DNA from: Camelus dromedarius
Lineage: Eukaryota
Assembly (NCBI RefSeq): GCF_036321535.1
Contig: NC_087452.1
Coordinates: 34,348,001-34,412,000 of the forward strand
Reading direction: 5' to 3'
Length of the DNA stretch: 64,000 nt
In this document: positions 56,401-64,000 of the stretch, piece after piece
Layout: each line of letters opens with the position of its first letter
How positions within the stretch are numbered: the stretch's first letter is position 1
Notes under the pieces: generated by a model
The model's input: only the letters and a program-made list of their open reading frames with translations
The model's database searches: none
Told to the model about the DNA's origin: nothing
Program-made: the position numbers and the translations under genes

Positions 56401-58899
56401 CTGACCCAGGTTAACAGGCTGCTGGGTCACATGGCTCCCTACCTACCCCCACGTTGGAACCTCACACCCTGTGGGAGCTCTGGACCCAGGAAGACCTGGG
56501 CTGATCCTTGGCTAGAAATGGCCAGAGGAAGCTGGAACTCCTGGGAACTCCCCAACCTCTCAGTGGCAGCAGAGGGGAGAGGAGGAGGGAAATAAACGGA
56601 AAGGGAGGCAGCAGAGAGCAGCAGGCCTCACCACAGCTGGCCTGTCTCTGCGCTGGTCTGGGTGCAGAAATTGTTATTGTGTGTGCACGCGTGGCTGTGT
56701 ACACACCATGCTTTCATGCACTGGTGTGTGGGTCTGGGCGGTGTGCACGGAGGTCCCTGGGCCTTTATGCTGCAAAAGGTGGTTTGGGGACTGAGAAGAG
56801 TTTGAGCATTAAGAACTGAGGATTGAAGACTCCGGCCACCCCACAGTTTGTATCCTGGGACACTGGGAGGAGATTCAGTGGTCAGTGTGGAGGGTACCAC
56901 AGGAGCCCTCCAGAGCCAGGCCAGGCAGGTTCATGGTGGGGAGAGGCTGAGCAGGACAGGTTTTGCACACAAGTATGCACTGACATCGCAGCACACCTCC
57001 TACCCCAGGAGAGCTGGCTCACTCTGGGACGGCTCCAAGGGGAAAAGCCATGAGGCCAGTTATTTTACTGGATGTCTATTGAGGCTGGGGGGCAGAAAGC
57101 CAGGAGAGCATTTCCATGGAGGGAACGTGCAAGACCGCAGGTGTGAGGGAGGGATGTGTGGTTATAGCACAGGGTTTGGGAGGTGAGGTTTTAAAGGGCT
57201 GGGAATTGAGCTGAGTCCATCCTGCACCATGGGCTGGCAGTTCTGTGATGCTGGGCCCTTCTCCCCTTCCTCAGTTTCCTCCTGAGAAATGGGACCATGG
57301 GAGGGGTGGTGGGGAATATATATCCTTAGAGAAGATGTAGACCCTGGCCTTGGGGAGGGGCTACAAGCTCCTACACTGGATATAGGAACTTGGGAGAGTA
57401 CGTCTGGGTCAGCCCAGGGTCAGAGTGTTCGGGCAAGAGTGGGAGGTGCAGAGCCACTGCCTTTCCTGGAAAGCCAGACTCAGACTGCTGGACTTGGGGA
57501 TGGCTTCCTAGACATGGCCCTGGCCTCCTCCCCTGCTCTGGCTGCTTGCTGCCCCCAGCCTTTGACTAAAATTCTAAGAGGGCTGGGGTGGAGGATAGTG
57601 GGCCTGAGAAGGTGCGGGGTGGGGTGTCTGTGGTATTAGAGGAGATAGTCTTGCCATGAGTTGCTAAGGGTTGGCCAGGGTGTGTAGGTGTGTGGTGACA
57701 AGGTCACTGAAGCCAGGGTGACCCCAGGATGGCCTTGGCAGTGGCCAGGAGACAGACAGGAGGGCTGACTCTGTCAGGAACAGAATGACTGGCTTTGGAG
57801 AAGTAGGAAGTGGGCGAGAGGTCACTCGGGGCATCCTGCCCATCAGGAGCTGCCCATGGGTGTGCCAGCTGCTGGGCATGAGGCAGAGTGAAGTGGAGGG
57901 TGGATGCTGAAGAAGGAGGATGAAGAAGGAGGAAGTGATCGACTCTGTCTGAGGCAGGGCATTCCCCAGGGTAGGTGGCCAGAGCTGGTTCCAGGGAAGA
58001 TCTGTGTGGGCGTCCAGCATGGGGACCTCCTTAGCCTTTACTTCCTGTGAAGTAGGCAAGACATCTATATCAGTCATATCTGTCATCTTAGGGGTCCTTA
58101 CCAGGCACTGAAGGGCTGGGCTGTGACTCGGAGGACTGACCAAAGGCAGGAGTGTGGTAAGGAGGGCAGAGGGAGAGGGTGCTGCCTCCATGGTGCACTG
58201 GGTGGAGCCTTTTCTCTGTGCCTCAGCACCTGGGTCCAGGCTGGGCACACTGTAGGCAGAGAGAACTTGAGGATGCAGTGATCCTGCCAGGGGATGTGGT
58301 GGAGGATGTCGCTAGAGGGCAGTGTGACCCAGGCCCGAGCAGTGTTGGGCGAGGCCTGGGGCAGAAAGTGTACAGCTTGGAGAGACTGGGCTGAGACAGA
58401 TGAAGGAGGACATGAGAGAATGAGCCAGGGGTTCCTGAATTTCTGGATCTCTCCCTGGCCCCTACTGCATTTTTAGAGACAGGAGGGAGATAAGTAACGT
58501 AATAAATGATAACATGAATGTGCTTTAGAATGGATTTCTCAGACATTGACATGTTTCATCCACACCAGAATCTTGGTAAGGTTGATGACAGTGCGTATTC
58601 CAATTTCCTAATGAAGAGATAGAGGCTTATTAGAGGGAAAAAAATGAACTTACAATTTAAAATTTAATTGGTAAAAATAAGTCCTGGAAGGAGTAAGATA
58701 CTGCTAGGGCTCAGTGAGTCCCCAGAGAGCTTGGTTACCAGGTCCCATTCACGTGCTCCAGGTGGGCTGGGGTTTAGCCCCAGCTCCCCAGCAGCTAAGG
58801 CAGAGAGAAACACGATCAATTTTGAGATTTTTCTTGTGTCCCTGTCCAGGAGATAAAGGAGCCTTTTCGGCGTGGTTGAGCAGGTAGCTCCTGTGGGCA

Positions 58900-59900
58900 G
58901 GGTGGAGTCCCAGGATTCGGAACGGACGAGAGGGTCGGGGACGTAAGGCCGGCGGGGCGCGGCGCAATTGAAAACCCAGGCCAGTGATCAGAGTTGCCCG
59001 GGTCTTCCAGGCTGGTCCTGACCAACCAAGCTCTGCGGGTCACGCAGGCCTGCCCCAAGTCATGCAAACCCCTCCTGCCGGGGGTCCTGAAGTCCCGCAG
59101 AGCGACGAGTGGAACCCCGGGTGTCCTGGGGGCAAGAGGCAAGGCTGCGGCTCCCAGGACAAGTCCCATGCAAATCAGCGGGGTCGAGTTAGGTGTACTG
59201 GGCTCCGGCATCCAGGGCGGGGCCTGCATTCTCCAAGCCTGGAACCTTTGGGGAGCTGGGCATGCGCGTCCTCCATCCTGGCATGAAGGGCGGGCCCACT
59301 TGGTCCAAAATGGGCTCATGTGGAAGTTGGGCATGCGTGGTGGGAGGCCAGGCCCTCTTCAGTTGGGGTGGAGCCGACTCGTTCTGGGGCGGAGCCTGCG
59401 GGGAGTTGGATCCGCGTCCCCGCGGCTACAGGAGGGGCGGGGCTGGGGGCGGGGCTTCGAGTGGCCCGAGGTGGCCGGGCTGCTGGTTTGGAAGCGGCGC
59501 AGTCCGACTCATCCCAGCCCTAGGATGGCGTCCCCACGAGAACTGACTCAGAACCCCCTGAAGAAGATCTGGATGCCGTACAGCAATGGGCGGCCCGTTC
59601 TGCATGCCTGCCAGCGCGGTGGTGAGGCGGGGTCCGCGGGCAAGGGGGAGGGCGGTGCATGGGGATGGGTAGTGGTCTCGTATGGAGAGGGAGTCGGGAA
59701 CAGGTCGGGAACTGGCGACAGGTGAGGCTGCTGTGACTGATAGGTAGGGAGCAGGAACAGGTAGGGGACCTGCGACAGGTGTAGCAGAGCAGGAAGCGGG
59801 GACAGGTGTGTGGCGCCGTCTCAGCCCGGCGGAGGCTACTCTGGCCGCCATCACCTCGGGGAGGACGCCGGACCTTTTACACCCCACTCTATCCCCACCG
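58900..59900 (+). promoter_or_regulatory. PFKFB4 CpG-island promoter
   Basis: CpG-dense, with several GC boxes (ggggcggggc, ggggcggagc) and an NRF1-like GCATGCGC (59261-59268), surrounding exon 1. Confidence 0.75.
59525..59621 (+). CDS. PFKFB4: 6-phosphofructo-2-kinase/fructose-2,6-bisphosphatase 4, first coding exon (rest of gene downstream of the window)
   Basis: ATG at 59525: [32 protein letters not shown] + G|gtgagg (97 nt, phase 1), the PFKFB4 N-terminus. Exon 2 (VCMTNCPTLIVMVGLP) is not found before 64000. Confidence 0.95.
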
Positions 59901-60939
59901 CCTCAGGCCAAGCGAGGGCTTGGAGTCTCGGTCCTACCCTCACTGCTGGCCAGACAGAGTGGTCCAGGTGGGCAGACCCCGGTCTGAGCTGTGTTGGCCC
60001 TAGGAGAATCGGTTTGCTTCTCTGAGCTCGGAACTTTCAAAGGCCCAAGGGTGGGAGGAAGGCCCATCTCTGGGCCTGAAATCGAGTTTTGGGAGGAATT
60101 TCAGGGAAGTGTAGATGTGTTCAGGATAGAGACAGTGAGTACACTGTGTTATATAGGCCTGTCTTTGTGTCCCTGGGTGTGTGAGCATCCGTGTGGGGTT
60201 GTGGGTAAGGTAAAATTGGAGGGTGGAAACATCTAGGAGATAGGTTGAAACTCCTAGAATTGTTACAGCGCTCACCTTTCCTGGGGTCCTAGGTGTTTAA
60301 TCCACCTTATGGACTTTCTGCTTGTCCTTAAGTGAGTCTGCAACTTTTTTACTACCAAGAAAAACAAAGATTTATTTTAGGAGTAACTGCAACATTGTCA
60401 TGAATTTGTAAATTGGTAAGGTCCTCAGAGAACATTTAGTCCAACTGCTGGTACAGATTTGGAAATGGCAGTCAGGAGATTGTGTTATGTGCTGGGGTCT
60501 CCGTGCCCCTCTGACTTCTGCTTGGGCGTGAGAGGAGTGAAATGCATGGTTCTTGTCTTGCTTTGAGGCTAGCTTGGGGGCCTTGGCTTTGACCATGATT
60601 TCTGTGTCCTTGGAGAGGAGTGTGTGTATCTCTTAAGACGCTGTGGGTCCTGGTAAGGGTGGCTGTGGCTTTGACCAGACATTTTGGTGGGTCATGGCTC
60701 TGACCATGATGCAGGTCTTGTGGGATGCTGAAACTGATCCTGCTTTTAGCCCTGGGGCCATGGCTTTCCAGTCAATACTCAGTCCTAAGGGACTTTGGGC
60801 CACACCCTTGCCAGCCCTCCTTCCAGACTCTTCTGGAGGTGTGGAGGCCCAGGCCCCTTCTCTTGTGCTTCTAGCCAGCCTGTGTTCAGACTGTGTTGTC
60901 CTAACTAGGGGGCTGCTGCTGTCGTTACATCAAGGGGAA

Positions 60940-61125
60940 GGAGCGAGAACATGGACTTTGGAGGCAGGAACACTCAAGCTGCATCGTGGCTCAGTTGGGT
61001 GACCTTGGGCAAAGAGCTGACCCCCTAGACCGCAGGTTCCTTACCTGTGGGACTGAGACAGTCATCATCCTTGCTCCCTGAAGCTGCTGTGAGCCTCTTG
61101 ATAAGTGCTTGATAAGTGGTAGCAA
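60940..61125 (+). mobile_element. MIR SINE remnant (PFKFB4 intron 1)
   Basis: 'gagaacatggactttggaggcag..gggtgaccttgggcaaagagctga..gcaggttccttacctgtgggactgaga..aagtgcttgataagtggtagc'. Confidence 0.65.
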
Positions 61126-61179
61126 GTAATTTTGTAACTTCCTCATCACCAGTCTTTCTTTGGATCTCCATACCTCAAA

Positions 61180-61320
61180 GTCAGGGATTGAAGCATCAGA
61201 AGGTCCGAGCCAACCCCCATTACAGGTGACAAAGGATCTGAGGCCCAGTGAGGCGAGGATTTGCCCAGGTCTCTCTGGCCCTGGGGAAGGACCTGTGTTT
61301 CTCCAAGCTCCAAGTATGTG
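61180..61320 (-). mobile_element. MIR/MIR3 remnant
   Basis: 'cccattacaggtgacaaaggatctgaggcccagtgaggcgaggatttgcccaggtc' resembles the antisense MIR core. Confidence 0.5.
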
Positions 61321-62439
61321 GCTAAAGTAAGGCTCTGGCCTGAGCAGAGGGACTTGTGCCAGGCACTGTCTCAGGGTGTTGCAGGGGGTTGGACTGTTGG
61401 CTGGCCCGGCACAGGAGGGCTTCCTGGAGGAGGAGGTAACAAGAGGCTAAAGATGAGACCTGCAGAAGGTGTAGGGGTTTAGACCCCAGGCTAGGGCCCT
61501 ATAGGGTGTTCATAGCAGGGAGGAGTAAGCAGTGAGTGAACATAGAACCAGCACCTCAGGTCCTGAAGTTGCATTCATGCAGCATTTTCCCCTCTGCATG
61601 CTGGGCATCTAACGAGGACCACAGGGACAGCTGGTGACCTGAGGGTGGGAGTGGGTAGATGTTGACTTGCTCACCGATTTTTATAGAGAAGAAGATGTGG
61701 GGCCCGCTGCTAGTCTGTGCTGTGTGGTGGCTTATCTTTGAGGTTTTGTCGCCTGTCTCCTCCACCCCCACTGTCCATTAGCAATTCTTCCTCCTTTTGA
61801 TAAAAGTCAGAGCTTCACCTGAGGGCCGGTGAAGGAAGCTCTTACCTTCCTGGTCATTGACCTGGAGGAGCTCTGGGTGCAGGAGTAGCGGGTGGAGAGG
61901 GGACTCTGGGAACATGGCAGGAAGGACAGTGTGTGATAACTTTTCTTAGCCAGAAGTGGGAAGACTTCCTGGGTAAGGACTGGTGTGTGCACAGGACAGT
62001 AGGAGGGATAACTTTCTGTCCCCGCTGAATAGGACAGTGATGCCAGGTTGCCTTATTTTAAAGAGCTCTCCCTTCCCCAGCCCGGCCCAAGGAAGTCAGA
62101 GCTGGTGCAGGTCGGGACTCAGTTCTGGAACCCACTCCAGGGACTTGTGGCTGCCCCTATGGAGGCTCCGCTAGAAAGTAGTCTCTGTCCAGCACCAGGT
62201 TTATCTCACACCTCTTGACTCCTTGGGCTCCTGTGGCCTCAAGCAAATTTGCAGGAAATTTACAGGAACTAGCAAGAGGAGCTGAGTTGACATGTCTTCA
62301 GATTTCCTTCCGCACGTGTCCCGTATTCTAAACTGTGTGTTCCGCTGTCTTCTTGCTCAATGTCGAGGTCCCGAGGACCCAGAGCTGCAGCTCCAGCTTC
62401 ACGCCCCAGCTCGCCTGGCCCACGCGCCCTCAGTTCAAG

Positions 62440-62610
62440 TATGTTCCCTCCCAGTGGGCCTCTGTTTGCAGTTTCTCCATTGCTGGGACTTTCCCGATGT
62501 TTTGCTGTTGTAAGCAGGGCTGTTGTGAATGCACTTGAACTTTGATTTTTCTTTTGGGTCATTTCTTTAGGATCTTATCTCAAGGAACAGAGGTGATAGG
62601 GAATTTATTG
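62440..62610 (-). mobile_element. Old L1 (L1ME-like) fragment
   Basis: 'tttcccgatgttttgctgttgtaagcagggctgttgtgaatgcacttg..tcatttctttaggatcttatctcaagga' resembles antisense L1M 3' sequence. Confidence 0.4.
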
Positions 62611-63316
62611 CTCTTGTTTTGCACCCAGCCCTGATTTGCTGCCCTGACTGCCTTCTGTGGCTGTGCAAGGGGTGGGGGTGGGGGATGCTGTCAGCAGATG
62701 CCATGGGAGGAGGTCAGGAGCATCTCTGGGAAGATAGAAGATGTGAAAAGGGGGTGCAAGTTGTGGGAAAGTGCTTCAGGGAGCATAAAGGAGGGGTGGC
62801 CTCATGAGAGGGAGCAGGGTGGGTGCAGGTTTCCCCCACAGTTAGTGGCTGATGCACTGCCCTACTGCCCTCTGGTTGTTAGAGAGCCCTGGCCAGCCAG
62901 CCAGGAATTGTGCAAACCCAGGCCCAGAATCACTGGATGCAGGGCCTTGCCTAACTTGTTTTTCTGTCACCTTAGCCAATGTTGAGGTGTTCCTGCAAGT
63001 TTCCTCCCTCTTGCTCATTGTCAGCCTGTGTCTGCGGGATCCCCTCTTCCCTCCCCTGGAGCTCACAGTTTGGGTCACATTTGCCTTAAGGTCATGCACA
63101 GGAGCAATGGAGCTCCTTACTGGCAAGGAAGGCCCTTTACTTCTCTTCAGGGCTTGCCTGGGGACCGACAGGTGCCTCTGCGCCCCAAGTGCCCAGGGCA
63201 GTCCTGAGATGCATCTGTGTCCTTAGCCAGGTAGGCTGCTAAGGCCTGGCAGAGGGCACAGCTTCCTGGAAATGGTCCAGCTTTTATGTGAAGATAGTGC
63301 TAGACCTCACTGAGGG

Positions 63317-63405
63317 ATTATCATCCCATTTTATAGGTGAGGCCACTGAGGCTCAGAGTTGCCTTTGTCAGAGGTGAGATGGGAACCCAGGCATGTCTGA
63401 CTCTG
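63317..63405 (-). mobile_element. MIR SINE remnant
   Basis: 'attatcatcccattttataggtgaggccactgaggctcagag..gggaacccaggcatgtctgactct', antisense MIR core. Confidence 0.7.
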
Positions 63406-64000
63406 ACCCCCAGGCAGGGCTGCCCCTGGGGCCCCTGTGCTCCAGCTCCAGCAAAGGAGACAAACTGAAGGGGGTGCCTGGCTGTCTGTCTGAGGAGGGC
63501 TGCCAGGTGAAGGTGCTTGCACAGCCATGTGGGCCAAGGAGGAACAGGGGCAGGTCCCATATCTGTCCACCTGTCTGTGCTGTGGTTTCACCTGGCCCAG
63601 GACCTGATGAAAGGAAACTTCCTGGGGCTTCTGAGGTGAGACTGCACTGAAAGCTGAGCTGGATCACGTGAGGCTGGCAATTCTGCTGCCTTGGTATCTA
63701 TGGTGGGGAGCAGGGTCCAGACTCGTCTCCACCTCCAGTCTCAGCAACTTCTCTTTTTGGAACATGGGATGCCTGTGGGTGGCTCTCAGAGAGACTGCTC
63801 TGTGGGCACTGGCCTGGGTCTCTGATCCCAGCCCCTCGAGGCCCTCACCCTGGTGGGTTTTGAGATGCCTCCCTCCCCATCCCCGCCCATAATTTTTGGG
63901 TACCCACTCTGGGCTGGACCCCAGGATCCTGAATGACCCAGACACTGCAGGGCTGCTTTCCCTCCAAGTGGTCAGTGTGGAGAGCAGTCTCATTGGTGAG

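Noticed and set aside
58994-59725. 243-aa ORF running through PFKFB4 exon 1 (possible N-terminal extension)
   Set aside because: It starts at a non-ATG codon in a stop-poor CpG island, upstream of the probable TSS. Only the MASPRELTQ... part resembles PFKFB4.
1-64000. A previously undescribed multi-gene system
   Set aside because: All convincing coding sequence is explained by six known genes in conserved human 3p21.31 order; the rest is intron, UTR or recognisable repeat.

Overview
Mammalian genomic DNA, most likely a camelid (inferred from three copies of a tRNA-Ala-derived, Vic-1-like SINE). It is syntenic with human 3p21.31 and every gene is on the + strand. In order: the last four exons of SLC26A6, TMEM89 (2 exons), a repeat-rich spacer with a 129-N gap, UQCRC1 (13 exons, 481 aa), the complete COL7A1 (118 exons traced by hand, 8808 nt CDS, 2935 aa, with the miR-711 hairpin around exon 62), UCN2 (112 aa), and the first coding exon of PFKFB4. 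Most ORF-track entries are GC-rich noise or exon read-throughs. I found no new multi-gene system; this is a well-known conserved locus. The best second-look items are local: (1) His instead of Arg at the N-terminal processing site of urocortin-2; (2) an exact in-frame duplicate of the COL7A1 exon 3 donor; (3) TMEM89 with AATAAA inside the CDS and an apparently premature stop; (4) a young solo LTR with a 6-bp TSD upstream of UQCRC1; (5) two GC-AG introns in COL7A1; (6) a shifted UQCRC1 exon 2 acceptor. All comparisons with human, mouse or bovine orthologues are from memory and need confirming by alignment.
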